Shown here: one piece after another, positions 13,137-23,159 of the stretch
Layout of the letters: each line of letters starts with the position of its first letter
How positions within the stretch are numbered: the stretch's first letter is position 1
DNA from: a virus
Virus record (IMG/VR): IMGVR_UViG_3300045988_159790
Reading direction: 5' to 3' (one strand)
DNA length: 64,000 nt
Position numbers and translations under genes: made by a program
The notes under the pieces: generated by a model
Seen by the model: only the letters and a program-made list of their open reading frames with translations
What the model was told of the DNA's origin: nothing
Databases searched by the model: none

Positions 13137-14741
13137 GTGACTGAAAAAACCAAGGAGATTAAAGAAAAAGGTTTCGATATGTTTAATAAAGAACCTTCAG
13201 CTCCAACAACCTTTTACAAAGATATGTTTTCTGAAGATAAATCAGATATCTATTTTAGTAGTGTAAAAGTAGGTCAAAAGAAACTGGATGATGCAACTTT
13301 AACGCTTAGTGATTTAAAGAAAGCAAATCCAAGATTAGCTGATAAAAATACTATTTTACAAGCAATAGATAGATATGATTTAAAACAAATGAGAGAAATT
13401 TCTGATTTCTTTTATCGGACAAGCGGAATTTATTCCAGAATATTACGATATATGGCATTTATGTATAGATATGATTATTTTATCACGCCTTATGTTAATG
13501 ACTCAAATATGAATAAAGAGAAACTTTTAAAAGGTTTTTATAATTCAATGTCAACTTTAGATAATTTTAAAGTTAAGAAAACATTAGGTGAAATAGCATT
13601 AAAAGTATTAAGGCATGGATGTTATTATGGATATAAAGTTGAACAAAACGGCGGAGCGGTATTACAAGAATTACCGCCAAATTATTGTAGAAGTAGATTC
13701 TCAGCTAATGGCAAACCCGCAGTTGAATTTAATATGAAATTTTTTGATGATAATTTTAGAGATATCCAGCAAAGATTACAGGTATTAAACATATTTCCTA
13801 AAGAGTTTTCTAAAGGATATGTAAAATATAAAAAAGGTTTACTGCCACCTCAATTTTCGGGTGACACAAATGGTTGGTATTTATTAGACCCAAAGCAAAC
13901 AGTTAGATTTACTGCAAATGGAGAAGAATATCCTGCTTTTATTTCTGTAATTCCTCTAATACTAGACTTAGATGAAGCGCAAGGTCTTGATAGAAAGAAA
14001 ACTTTACAAAGATTATTAAAACTTGTTGTTCAAAAAATGCCTTTAGATAAGAATGGGGAAATGATTTTTGACATTGATGAAATGAGAGCCTTTCATAATA
14101 ATGCGGTTACGATGTTAAAGAACGCTTTAGGATTAGAAGTTTTAACAACACTCGCGGATGTTAGTGTAGAAGATATGACTGATAGTAATGCTTCTGCGCA
14201 AACAGATGATTTACAAAGAGTTGAGCGTCAATTATATAATGAAGCAGGTGTGTCTCAAATGCAGTTTAATACAGATGGTAATATTGCATTAGAGAAATCT
14301 ATTTTAAATGATGAAGCTACAATGTATAATATGCTTTTACAATTTGAAGATTTTTTAAATGAGCTGTTAGAGCCATATAATAAAAGCCCTAAGAAAGTTC
14401 AGTATAAAGTACAGTTATTAACTACAACTATTTATAATTATAAAGAACTTTCAAAAGCGTATAAAGAGCAAACTCAATTAGGTTATTCTAAGATGTTGCC
14501 GCAGATAGCTTTAGGTCAAACTCAAAGTAGTATTTTAGCTACTGCTTATTTTGAGAATGAAGTTCTTGATTTAGTTAGCTTATTCATCCCACCTATGCAA
14601 AGTAGCGTAATGAACGCAGATATGTTAGATAGAACATCTAAGAAAATTGCAAATGGAGATGAAAAAGAAGCGGGAAGACCTGAAAAAGAAGATGACCAAA
14701 AATCAACTAAAACTTTACAGAATAAAGAAAGTATGAGCTAG
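13137..14741 (+). CDS. portal protein (by size and position)
   Basis: 534 aa, follows terminase; GTG start with GGGGG RBS; consensus promoter 13082-13110 upstream. Confidence 0.55.
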   Translation: MTEKTKEIKEKGFDMFNKEPSAPTTFYKDMFSEDKSDIYFSSVKVGQKKLDDATLTLSDLKKANPRLADKNTILQAIDRYDLKQMREISDFFYRTSGIYSRILRYMAFMYRYDYFITPYVNDSNMNKEKLLKGFYNSMSTLDNFKVKKTLGEIALKVLRHGCYYGYKVEQNGGAVLQELPPNYCRSRFSANGKPAVEFNMKFFDDNFRDIQQRLQVLNIFPKEFSKGYVKYKKGLLPPQFSGDTNGWYLLDPKQTVRFTANGEEYPAFISVIPLILDLDEAQGLDRKKTLQRLLKLVVQKMPLDKNGEMIFDIDEMRAFHNNAVTMLKNALGLEVLTTLADVSVEDMTDSNASAQTDDLQRVERQLYNEAGVSQMQFNTDGNIALEKSILNDEATMYNMLLQFEDFLNELLEPYNKSPKKVQYKVQLLTTTIYNYKELSKAYKEQTQLGYSKMLPQIALGQTQSSILATAYFENEVLDLVSLFIPPMQSSVMNADMLDRTSKKIANGDEKEAGRPEKEDDQKSTKTLQNKESMS

Positions 14742-14753
14742 GAGGATTAAATA

Positions 14754-16103
14754 ATGAAAAGAGCTTTTAATCGTAGTGTTGCTACTATTGATAAGCCAGA
14801 ATTTATAAATGTCACTTCAATTAATCCTCTTATCTCCGAATGTGAAGTAAAGGTTTTATATGTAGGTGAAAACCGCAATAAATCTTTAATCACAAAAGAA
14901 GTTGCTAGAAATATGGCAGAAACACTTCCAGGCTGTCCTATTGTTGGATATTATAGAGCAGATAAAGAAGATTTTTTTGACCATGGCGATATTCTTACTA
15001 TTGATGGAGATGGGATAAAATTTAGTGATGCAACAAGACCTTATGGTTTTGTAGCTCCAAATGCAAAAATTTGGTTTCAGAAATTTATTGATACTGATGA
15101 AAATGGAGTAGAAACGGAAAGAGAATACTTAATGACTACAGCTTTTTTATGGACTGGCTCTTATCCAGAATGTGAACAAGCTTTAGACAATAATAATCCG
15201 CAATCTATGAAATTAGAAAAAGACAGTTTAAAAGGAAATTGGGCAAAAACGGAAAATTCTAATGTTGAATTTTTCATAATAAATGACGCAATAATTCAGA
15301 ACTTATGTATTTTAGGAAATGATATTGAGCCTTGCTTTGAAGGCGCAGATATATCTGAACCAGACATAAGTGCTAATTTTAGTAAAGAAGATAAAGTTAC
15401 TACTTTATTTACTATGATGGAGCAATTAAAAGAATTATTAACTACTCAAAAAGAAGGAGGACAAAGTTCAATGAGTATGGTCGAAGAGACTAAGCTTGAT
15501 GAAACTTCTGTTGAAAATTTTTCAAAAGAACAGGACAAAACTGATGAAACTGTTCAAAAGAAAAATGAAAATACAATAGAAGAGTTCAAGAAACAGGATG
15601 AAGAAGAGAAACCTTCTGACAATAAAGAAGATGAATCTAAGGACAATAAGGAAGAAAAATCTTCTGATAATAAAGACGAAAAAGACAGTGAAGATAAGAA
15701 CGAAGATGAAGATAAAAAGAAAAATGAAAATTTTGAATTACTTCAGTCAGAGTTTGATGCCCTTCAGGCTAAATATACTTCATTAGAAGAGTCTTATAAT
15801 GAACTCGTAGCTTTCAAGAAAAGCATCGAAGATAAGCAAAAAGATGAATTAATTCAGTCTTTTTATATGCTTAGCGATGAAGATAAGAAAGATGTCATTG
15901 AAAACAAATCTAATTATAGTTTAGATGATATTGAAAAGGAACTTTCAGTTATCTGTGTAAGAAAGAAAGTTAATTTCAATTTAGATGATGACAAAGAAGA
16001 TTCTAAAGATGTTTCAACAACATTTAATTTAGATTCTTTAGAATCAGATAGTGATTTACCAGCTTGGTTAAAAGCGGTAGAGTCTACAGCTAAAAAGCAT
16101 TAA
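14754..16103 (+). CDS. capsid scaffolding protein (possibly with N-terminal protease-like domain)
   Basis: 449 aa; highly acidic low-complexity linker (KEDESKDNKEEKSSDNKDEKDSEDKNEDED) then coiled-coil-like C-terminus; between portal and capsid genes. Confidence 0.5.
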   Translation: MKRAFNRSVATIDKPEFINVTSINPLISECEVKVLYVGENRNKSLITKEVARNMAETLPGCPIVGYYRADKEDFFDHGDILTIDGDGIKFSDATRPYGFVAPNAKIWFQKFIDTDENGVETEREYLMTTAFLWTGSYPECEQALDNNNPQSMKLEKDSLKGNWAKTENSNVEFFIINDAIIQNLCILGNDIEPCFEGADISEPDISANFSKEDKVTTLFTMMEQLKELLTTQKEGGQSSMSMVEETKLDETSVENFSKEQDKTDETVQKKNENTIEEFKKQDEEEKPSDNKEDESKDNKEEKSSDNKDEKDSEDKNEDEDKKKNENFELLQSEFDALQAKYTSLEESYNELVAFKKSIEDKQKDELIQSFYMLSDEDKKDVIENKSNYSLDDIEKELSVICVRKKVNFNLDDDKEDSKDVSTTFNLDSLESDSDLPAWLKAVESTAKKH

Positions 16104-16125
16104 TTAAAATAGGAGGAACATAAAA

Positions 16126-16833
16126 ATGGCATTTACTAGAATTGGTTTTGGTCAGGTTGAAGAAAACCAGATGTCTTACTACCATACAGGTCAGATGTTT
16201 GCTAGTTTACCTCTTGATACATCGGTACAGTTACTTCAGAATGGTGAATTCATGTACTATGATTACGCAAGTGGAAAGGTAACAGCAGAGCCTAAAGTTG
16301 AGGGCGTAGAACCTATGTTAGTATTAAATGAAATTAAGGTTTATGAAGATTACCTTGCAAATAAAGATTTTGCTATGATGAGAGTAGGAGAGAACTATGT
16401 TACTAATCCTGCGGCAATCGGTAGAATTACTTCTGTAGTTATTGACCCAGCAACAGGTGGGGCAGCTAATCCTTATGGTGGCGGTTCAAAAACTGTAAGC
16501 GCAACAATCGACCCAGCTCATACAGAGTATGGTTATAGAATGAATGGTATAGCTCCAAGAGTTGTAAAGACTAATATTGGAGATATTTATACAACAAACA
16601 TGGTAGCTACAGGTGTAGATTATGCAGTTGGTAATATTTTAGTTCCAACAGTAACAGAAACAACAGTTAATGATTTAACTAATGGTGGAACAACAACACA
16701 GAAAACTTTAGTTCTTACAAAGAACGCTGATGGTGAGACTGCAGTACCTACTAAGGGTATGGCTTGGGCAGTTGTTAAGGTTTACACAATGCCAGACGGA
16801 CAGCCTGGATTAAAGTTACAAAGAGTACAGTAA
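16126..16833 (+). CDS. head protein (capsid accessory/decoration candidate)
   Basis: 235 aa beta-rich (G/T/V/P/Y) protein with perfect AGGAGG RBS directly upstream of putative major capsid gene. Confidence 0.45.
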   Translation: MAFTRIGFGQVEENQMSYYHTGQMFASLPLDTSVQLLQNGEFMYYDYASGKVTAEPKVEGVEPMLVLNEIKVYEDYLANKDFAMMRVGENYVTNPAAIGRITSVVIDPATGGAANPYGGGSKTVSATIDPAHTEYGYRMNGIAPRVVKTNIGDIYTTNMVATGVDYAVGNILVPTVTETTVNDLTNGGTTTQKTLVLTKNADGETAVPTKGMAWAVVKVYTMPDGQPGLKLQRVQ

Positions 16834-16851
16834 TAGGAGGAAAAGATAATA

Positions 16852-17886
16852 ATGGCATTACAGTATAGTGATATGTTAGCATTATGTAAGACAGTTGCTA
16901 AAGCTAATCCAGCTTCTCCTGTTGCTTATAGCTTCGGAGATAAAAAGTTTGGTTATGAAGATATGCATGAAACACTTCGTTCAGAGTTTCAGGCTTTAGC
17001 TCCAGATTACAGAACTTATGTAGAAAATCAGAATACAATATTCAGATTATTAGAAGAAACTTTCGATGATGTTTTACCAGAGAGAGTTATGCAGCAATAT
17101 TCTCAGTTTGCTGAAATTAAGACATTCGCGCAAGGAGATAAGCCTATTTTCTTACAGAGAATTACAACAGCTTCTCGTAGAAGAGCAAAGCAGTTCATTG
17201 GTAAGGTTGGCTTAAATGGTATGTACGAGGCATTCAGACTTGATGGTCGTGCTTACGAAGTAACAACTAACGCTATTGGTGGCGCTGCTAGAATCGGCTT
17301 TGAAGAATTCCTTGATGGTCGTGTAAATATGGCAGATGTCCTTGATATCGTTCTTGAAGGTCTTGATGAGTGCATCTATGTTGAGATTGAGAAGCAGTTA
17401 ATTGGAGCTGCTAAGAATGTTCAGGCAGCAAATAAGCATTCAGATAGTAAATTCAATGAATCACAGATGGATAGATTACTTTCTATTGCTGATTCTTATG
17501 GAAAGTCAACAATTTATTGTACTTTTGAATTTGCGGCAACAATGATTCCTTCAGAAGGTTGGATTTCAGATGAAATGAGAAATCAGAAGTGGAATAATGG
17601 TTACCTTGGTAACTATAAAGGACATACAGTAATTGTATTACCACAATCTTTTGAAGATGAAACAAATACAACAAAGGTTATTGACCCATCATATGCATTC
17701 ATTATTCCTACTGGTGCTGAAAAGCCAGTTAAGATTGCATTTGAAGGTGGTACAATTGCTAAGAGCTTCACAGGATATGATAACTCAGAAGAAATTCATA
17801 TCTATAAGAAGGTCGGTGTAAGAGCTATATTCTCTAATGCAATTTGTGTATATCAGAACACAACTCTTAAGAGAACAGCAGCCTAA
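16852..17886 (+). CDS. major capsid protein (putative)
   Basis: 344 aa; strong RBS; followed by very strong intrinsic terminator 17900-17934, as expected for the most abundant structural transcript. Confidence 0.6.
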   Translation: MALQYSDMLALCKTVAKANPASPVAYSFGDKKFGYEDMHETLRSEFQALAPDYRTYVENQNTIFRLLEETFDDVLPERVMQQYSQFAEIKTFAQGDKPIFLQRITTASRRRAKQFIGKVGLNGMYEAFRLDGRAYEVTTNAIGGAARIGFEEFLDGRVNMADVLDIVLEGLDECIYVEIEKQLIGAAKNVQAANKHSDSKFNESQMDRLLSIADSYGKSTIYCTFEFAATMIPSEGWISDEMRNQKWNNGYLGNYKGHTVIVLPQSFEDETNTTKVIDPSYAFIIPTGAEKPVKIAFEGGTIAKSFTGYDNSEEIHIYKKVGVRAIFSNAICVYQNTTLKRTAA

Positions 17887-17899
17887 GTAAAATTTAATA

Positions 17900-17934
17900 G
17901 GGGAGATAATTAATTTTATCTCCCCATTTTTTTT
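17900..17934 (+). terminator. strong intrinsic terminator after putative major capsid gene
   Basis: GGGGAGATAATTAATTTTATCTCCCC + ATTTTTTTT. Confidence 0.85.
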
Positions 17935-17958
17935 AGAGATAAAAGGAGAAAAAAGATA

Positions 17959-18552
17959 ATGGATGGAAATAAGTTAATTTCAGTTAGAAATAGAAACAAT
18001 GGTTCTACAGGATATTCTATTCCAGATAGAAACATTACTAGACTTTGGAATGTACCAGGAGAAACAAAAAATATTCCTTTTGCGGAATTACAGAGTTTAC
18101 AATATGTTCCTGGCGGAGAATATATCCTTGAGAATCTTTTAATTGTTGAAGATGATGAAGCTTTAAATGCATTAAATATGCATGTTGAGCCAGAATATAA
18201 ATATACAGAAGAAGATATTAAGAATATTCTTTTATCTGTAGATAATGATAGCCTAGATAGACTTGAAGATTTCTTAAACTTCAGTCCTGCAGGCGGAATT
18301 GATTTAGCTCAAAAATTAGCAGTTGAGTTAGAAATTCCAGATACAAGAAAGAGAAAGATGATTTCTGAAAAAACAGGATTAAATATAGATAACGCTATTA
18401 TGATTAATCATATGATGAATGATGATGATAGTGAAGAAGAAAAAGCTGCAGCTCCAAAAAGAAAAACAACTCCATTAGGAGAGGAAAAGAAGAGTGCTGC
18501 GCCAGTGAGAAAAACAACACCTAAGTATGTTGTAACATCAATGGGAAAATAA
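17959..18552 (+). CDS. hypothetical head-tail joining region protein; C-terminal tandem AAPKRKTTP/AAPVRKTTP repeats
   Basis: ORF with AAAAGGAG RBS. Confidence 0.5.
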   Translation: MDGNKLISVRNRNNGSTGYSIPDRNITRLWNVPGETKNIPFAELQSLQYVPGGEYILENLLIVEDDEALNALNMHVEPEYKYTEEDIKNILLSVDNDSLDRLEDFLNFSPAGGIDLAQKLAVELEIPDTRKRKMISEKTGLNIDNAIMINHMMNDDDSEEEKAAAPKRKTTPLGEEKKSAAPVRKTTPKYVVTSMGK

Positions 18553-18580
18553 TATAGGAAAGAGAGGTGCTTTATTTACA

Positions 18581-19183
18581 ATGAGCAAAATATACACCTC
18601 ATTCTCTACCATATATGATAATTTTTTAACAAGAGTAACTTCTGATATGTACATGGAATGGACTGAATTAGATACTTATAGTCATTTACAAGATTTATTG
18701 ACAGTATCAATTCCAAGATTTGAGTTTCCGCGCTTTAATATTTTTGATTATGAAGAAGGATATTATGATAGTTTAGGTACATATAAAGGAGTAGAAAGTA
18801 ATAATATTGAAGTGCCTGCGGCTGGATGGGTCGGAGGCACTTTTCATAATGACTTAACTCTTGAAGAGATTAATATTATTGCATTAGATATGGTTATAGA
18901 ATGGTTAGGACAGCAGTTATCAACAACAGATAATACTGTTATGAAATATAGCGGAAGTGATTTTAAATTTACATCACAAGCAAATCATATGGCAAAAATT
19001 AAAAATTTACTTGAAAAATATGAACAGGAGTCTAATCATCTTCAAAAGTTATATAAAAGAAGAATTGTTGATAAAGATGGTTCTATAAAAACTACTATTC
19101 CTACATTAATGATGCCTTTCTCTTCTCCGGAAGAAGAACGAATGAAAGGAGTGTTTTTTAATGGTTATGAAATACGACATTGA
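18581..19183 (+). CDS. hypothetical structural protein (connector/adaptor region)
   Basis: ORF with RBS GAGAGGTG. Confidence 0.5.
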   Translation: MSKIYTSFSTIYDNFLTRVTSDMYMEWTELDTYSHLQDLLTVSIPRFEFPRFNIFDYEEGYYDSLGTYKGVESNNIEVPAAGWVGGTFHNDLTLEEINIIALDMVIEWLGQQLSTTDNTVMKYSGSDFKFTSQANHMAKIKNLLEKYEQESNHLQKLYKRRIVDKDGSIKTTIPTLMMPFSSPEEERMKGVFFNGYEIRH

Positions 19184-19472
19184 TATTAGTATTAAAGCAG
19201 TTGAAAAGAATCTGGATAGAATTACAAATCGTATTTTTAAGCTACTTCCTTCAAGAGAAGAAGGAGATGATTGGAAAACTCCTTTAAAAAATTTAATTGT
19301 AGAAATTGGCGGAATGTCAAGTCTGTTATACGACCAAACAGATTTATTACATTTATTATGTAAGTTAGAAGGATTATTAGTCTTAACTGAAGATAATGAT
19401 TTTTTAGTATTTAGAGCAACTATTTTTGAATGCTTAGGACTAATAAATAAAATAAAACAATGTCTGGCTTAG
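19161..19472 (+). CDS. hypothetical structural protein
   Basis: ORF with AAAGGAGTG RBS, overlaps neighbours by a few codons (operon packing). Confidence 0.5.
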   Translation: MVMKYDIDISIKAVEKNLDRITNRIFKLLPSREEGDDWKTPLKNLIVEIGGMSSLLYDQTDLLHLLCKLEGLLVLTEDNDFLVFRATIFECLGLINKIKQCLA

Positions 19473-20410
19473 ACAATATGAAACAAAGACTTGATAGTCG
19501 CGGTGGTTTTCTTAATGGTCGTAATGTAAAAGGAAAATTGAATTCTTTTCATGCCGCACTTAATAACTCCTATCAGTCAGAGTGGATAACAGTAAATAAA
19601 GGAAAAGAAAATGAACAAAAAGTTCATTGCCTTATAAATCCTAGTAGATTAACAGAAGAGTTTGATAAAAAGGTTATTTCTGTTGATTTTGACAAAGGTA
19701 TAACTGAAGGAACTGTGTTCTATTGGGATAGAACAGAGAAATATTGGATTGTAAATTTACAGCAACATACTGAAGAAGCTTATTTTAGAGGAGATATTAC
19801 AAGATGTGATTATCAAGTTGATATTGATGGAGAGCATTATTGGGTTTATCTTCGTGGTCCAATAGAAACAGATATATCTTGGAGTCAAAAACATGGAATA
19901 TATTTTAATAATTTGAATTACTCTATGTTAATGCATATAACAAAAAATAAGAAGACTTTAGATTATTTTTCACGATTTAATGTAGTTAAGGTAAGTTTCT
20001 CTTATATAGATGAGAATGGTGAAAAACAAGAAGAATGGCATAGATGGCAAGTCGCGGCAACTGATAAATATTCTAATAACAATATTATTGAAGTGTATTT
20101 GAATGAATATGCGGATAACCCAATTGAAGAAGATAAAGTCAAGCAAGAAGAGAAAAAATTCTCTCCTGAAGAAGCTTATATCGATGGTCCGCAGTTTATA
20201 AATCCTTACGATGAAAATATTGTCTATACTATTAAAAATAGTGTTTGTGGAAGATTTATAGTTAATTCTAATAAAGTTAAAATTGTTGAATCGAATGACA
20301 ATTCATTAACATTAAATGTTTTAACAGGAAAATCTGCAAAATTTGATATTATATATCGGAAGCCAGAAGAAGATGATGTTGTTCTTAATGTAACAATTAA
20401 ATCATTATAG
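19460..20410 (+). CDS. hypothetical structural protein
   Basis: 316 aa ORF, overlaps previous stop. Confidence 0.5.
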   Translation: MSGLDNMKQRLDSRGGFLNGRNVKGKLNSFHAALNNSYQSEWITVNKGKENEQKVHCLINPSRLTEEFDKKVISVDFDKGITEGTVFYWDRTEKYWIVNLQQHTEEAYFRGDITRCDYQVDIDGEHYWVYLRGPIETDISWSQKHGIYFNNLNYSMLMHITKNKKTLDYFSRFNVVKVSFSYIDENGEKQEEWHRWQVAATDKYSNNNIIEVYLNEYADNPIEEDKVKQEEKKFSPEEAYIDGPQFINPYDENIVYTIKNSVCGRFIVNSNKVKIVESNDNSLTLNVLTGKSAKFDIIYRKPEEDDVVLNVTIKSL

Positions 20411-20428
20411 AGATAAAAGGAGAATAGA

Positions 20429-21037
20429 ATGGGAGTTAGAAGTCAGAAAATGAACTCAACTCTTCAAGGAGAGCCAAAATCCTCTTTTCTTTCATGTGAA
20501 AAAGATTTGGAATCAATTATTCGTAAGCTTTTTATAGAAGATAAAACTGTAAGTAATTATTTAAAAAGATTACTTGCAGTAAATACTTCAGATTGTTTAA
20601 TTGACAAAACAAATCCTGCTTACACAGATAAAGTAAATAAGTTATCTATAAAGAAATTATTAGATGATGGATATATCAGAATAAGTCCAAAGATTGAAAG
20701 AAAAGAAAATGAAGAAGTAAAATCATATATTAGAATTAATTTTGATAATTTTACTGAATCTAGTAATCCAGAATATAGAGACTGTATAGTAGAAATAGAT
20801 GTTTTATGTCATACTGATTACTGGGAATTGGAAAACTATCAATTAAGACCAATAAAAATTGTTGGATATATAGACGCCATTTTAAATAAAGCAAAACTTT
20901 CGGGAATAGGAACATTAAACTTTTTTGGTTGTACTGAAGTAACTTTAAGTAATGATTTATCAGGTTATTGTTTAATGTATCAAGCAACACATGGAAGTGA
21001 TGATTCAATTCCTGAAGAAGATGAAGATAATGATTAA
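20429..21037 (+). CDS. hypothetical structural protein (tail completion/terminator region)
   Basis: ORF with AAAGGAG RBS. Confidence 0.5.
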   Translation: MGVRSQKMNSTLQGEPKSSFLSCEKDLESIIRKLFIEDKTVSNYLKRLLAVNTSDCLIDKTNPAYTDKVNKLSIKKLLDDGYIRISPKIERKENEEVKSYIRINFDNFTESSNPEYRDCIVEIDVLCHTDYWELENYQLRPIKIVGYIDAILNKAKLSGIGTLNFFGCTEVTLSNDLSGYCLMYQATHGSDDSIPEEDEDND

Positions 21038-21779
21038 TGAGTTATTATTACTATCAAAAAATGACATTCCTTTTATTGAAGGACATGCAGTTATTCATAA
21101 TCCAACAATGAACGAGATTGCTCTTATAGGAGAGCGAGCTTTTAATATTGGCACACAATTTTTAAATTTTTCTAAAGAACTTTTATCTTCTAAGGACAAA
21201 AATGATTTAGAGGATAAAAGCGATTTTGATATATTTATGTCAGTAATGAATAGTCATGAGCGCTATGAATATAGAACTGATGCAATGCTAGTATTAGCAT
21301 TATTATTTCCAAACTGTCAATTAAAGATAGATAAAGATAAACTTATTTTAAAAGACCAAAATGGAGAAATCTTTATGGAAATAAATAATGATAATTTTAT
21401 TTCTTTTAGAGATAAAATAAGTGATTTATTTTGTCTTAAAAAAGTTGCAACTACTGCGGCGGTCTATGACCCAGCAGATAAGCAAGCCCGCAAGATAGCT
21501 GAGAAATTGAAAAAGAGACATGAGACTCTTGATAAAAAGAAAAATGGGGAAGAAAATGAGAATCAAAAAGTTTCAATTTTTGTTCGATATATTTCTATTC
21601 TTTCTATTGGTAATCATAAAGATATTAATGAGCTTATGAATTATACAGTTTATCAATTATTAGATGAGTTTACTCGTTTTCAAAAGAAACAAAGCTTTGA
21701 TGCTTATGTTCAAGCTAAAATTGCAGGGGCTAAAGACTTAGAAGAAGTTGAAAATTGGATGGGAGACATCCATTCATAG
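21030..21779 (+). CDS. hypothetical structural protein (start ATG 21030 overlapping upstream stop as ATGATTAA preferred over track start 20991)
   Basis: ORF; coupling overlap. Confidence 0.45.
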   Translation: MINELLLLSKNDIPFIEGHAVIHNPTMNEIALIGERAFNIGTQFLNFSKELLSSKDKNDLEDKSDFDIFMSVMNSHERYEYRTDAMLVLALLFPNCQLKIDKDKLILKDQNGEIFMEINNDNFISFRDKISDLFCLKKVATTAAVYDPADKQARKIAEKLKKRHETLDKKKNGEENENQKVSIFVRYISILSIGNHKDINELMNYTVYQLLDEFTRFQKKQSFDAYVQAKIAGAKDLEEVENWMGDIHS

Positions 21780-21809
21780 CAAATTATTTATTTAAGGAGG
21801 AAAAATATA

Positions 21810-22775
21810 ATGAAGTTTGGTGTCCGCGAAATATGCGATGTAACTTTTAAAGCTACTTCAAATAACCAAAAAATCGGAAAGAAAACTTTCAAAGCTGGAC
21901 AGCCAGCGTTTTTCATTGATAGTGCAAAAACATCTACTTTAGAGCAGGCTACAACAACAGTATATGCTCAAGGTGGTAAAGGTAACTCTCGTCTTATTGC
22001 TTGGGAAGGTGAAAAGACTATGACATTTACAGTTGAAGATGCTTTAATTTCTCCACAGGGTCTTGCTGTACTTTCAGGTGCAGGATTACTTGAAGCTGGT
22101 GAAAACGCAATTCAGCATGTTCATGTTACTATTGATGCAACAGTTGGTGATGAAGGTAAGGTAGAAATAAGCTTAGCAGAACTTAATGATGAATTAGGTA
22201 CAAATGAAGAAGAGCTTACTATCTGCGGAGATATTCCAGTATATGCTACAAAGCTTGATGGTTCAGGTGCAGGTATTGATTATTATTCAGATGTTACACT
22301 TACAGGTGCAACAGGAACAGAAAATGATTATCTTGTAAAAGTTAGCGATAATGCTGAATTTACAATTAAGGATGATGCATCTTTAGCTGTTACTAAGGGT
22401 ACTGTTGTTAAGTTAGACTTCTATGTAGCAATGAAGAAAGGTGTATCTGAAATTACTATTGCTCCAGAAGATTTCGGTGGATATTACTATGTTGAAGCTG
22501 ATACTTTATTCAGAAGTGAAGCTACTGGTAAAGATATGGCAGCTACAATTACAATTCCTAAAGCTAAAGTACAGTCAGCAATGACATTTACAATGGCTTC
22601 TAGTGGAGACCCAAGTACATTCACATTCACAATGGATGCATTCCCTGGATATACTTACTTTGATAGAACAAAGAAAGTTATGTGTACTATCCAGGTTGTA
22701 GGTACAGATGGAACAACAGAGGATGAAACATACCATAAAAATGTTCCAGCAGATACTCACAAAGCTACACCCTAA
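21810..22775 (+). CDS. major tail protein (zero-frame product)
   Basis: 321 aa beta-rich protein with AAGGAGG RBS between head-tail genes and chaperone/TMP genes; followed (after extension ORF) by strong terminator 23101-23140. Confidence 0.6.
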   Translation: MKFGVREICDVTFKATSNNQKIGKKTFKAGQPAFFIDSAKTSTLEQATTTVYAQGGKGNSRLIAWEGEKTMTFTVEDALISPQGLAVLSGAGLLEAGENAIQHVHVTIDATVGDEGKVEISLAELNDELGTNEEELTICGDIPVYATKLDGSGAGIDYYSDVTLTGATGTENDYLVKVSDNAEFTIKDDASLAVTKGTVVKLDFYVAMKKGVSEITIAPEDFGGYYYVEADTLFRSEATGKDMAATITIPKAKVQSAMTFTMASSGDPSTFTFTMDAFPGYTYFDRTKKVMCTIQVVGTDGTTEDETYHKNVPADTHKATP

Positions 22776-23073
22776 AGAAGAGCCGGCAGAGCCGGTATAC
22801 ACTATTTCATTAGGAGAGCCTGATAGTAGTGTTGTAGGAAAAGTATCGTGGGATGTTACAGTTCAGAAAGACGGAAAAACAGAAGGAACTTGTGCATTAG
22901 TAAGCTCTACTGTAAACGCTCTTGATGCAACAGAGAACACAACAGTAGTAGGAAATAAAGTAACAGTTGACTATACAGCAGCAGGAGGAACTACTGATGA
23001 AGAAGTTAAGATTGTCGTTAAGTGTGTAGAAGACAATACTAAGACAGCTACTGGAACTTATACAATCGCGTAA
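22774..23073 (+). CDS. C-terminal Ig-like (Big_2-type) extension of major tail protein reached by predicted programmed +1 frameshift at CCC_UAA (22770-22775)
   Basis: +1 frame ORF with no RBS of its own overlapping end of 21810..22775; sequence ...VTVDYTAAGG...TGTYTIA typical of phage Ig-like domains; shifty stop context CCC UAA A. Confidence 0.45.
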   Translation, partial: KEEPAEPVYTISLGEPDSSVVGKVSWDVTVQKDGKTEGTCALVSSTVNALDATENTTVVGNKVTVDYTAAGGTTDEEVKIVVKCVEDNTKTATGTYTIA

Positions 23074-23100
23074 GCGGGAATCCCGGTCAAGGATTTCTTT

Positions 23101-23140
23101 AGCGGGGTCGGGTTATTATACTCGACCCCGCATTTTTTTT
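23101..23140 (+). terminator. strong intrinsic terminator after major tail protein/Ig extension
   Basis: GCGGGGTCGGGTTATTATACTCGACCCCGC + ATTTTTTTT. Confidence 0.85.
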
Positions 23141-23159
23141 GTTTATAGGAGGTGAGACA

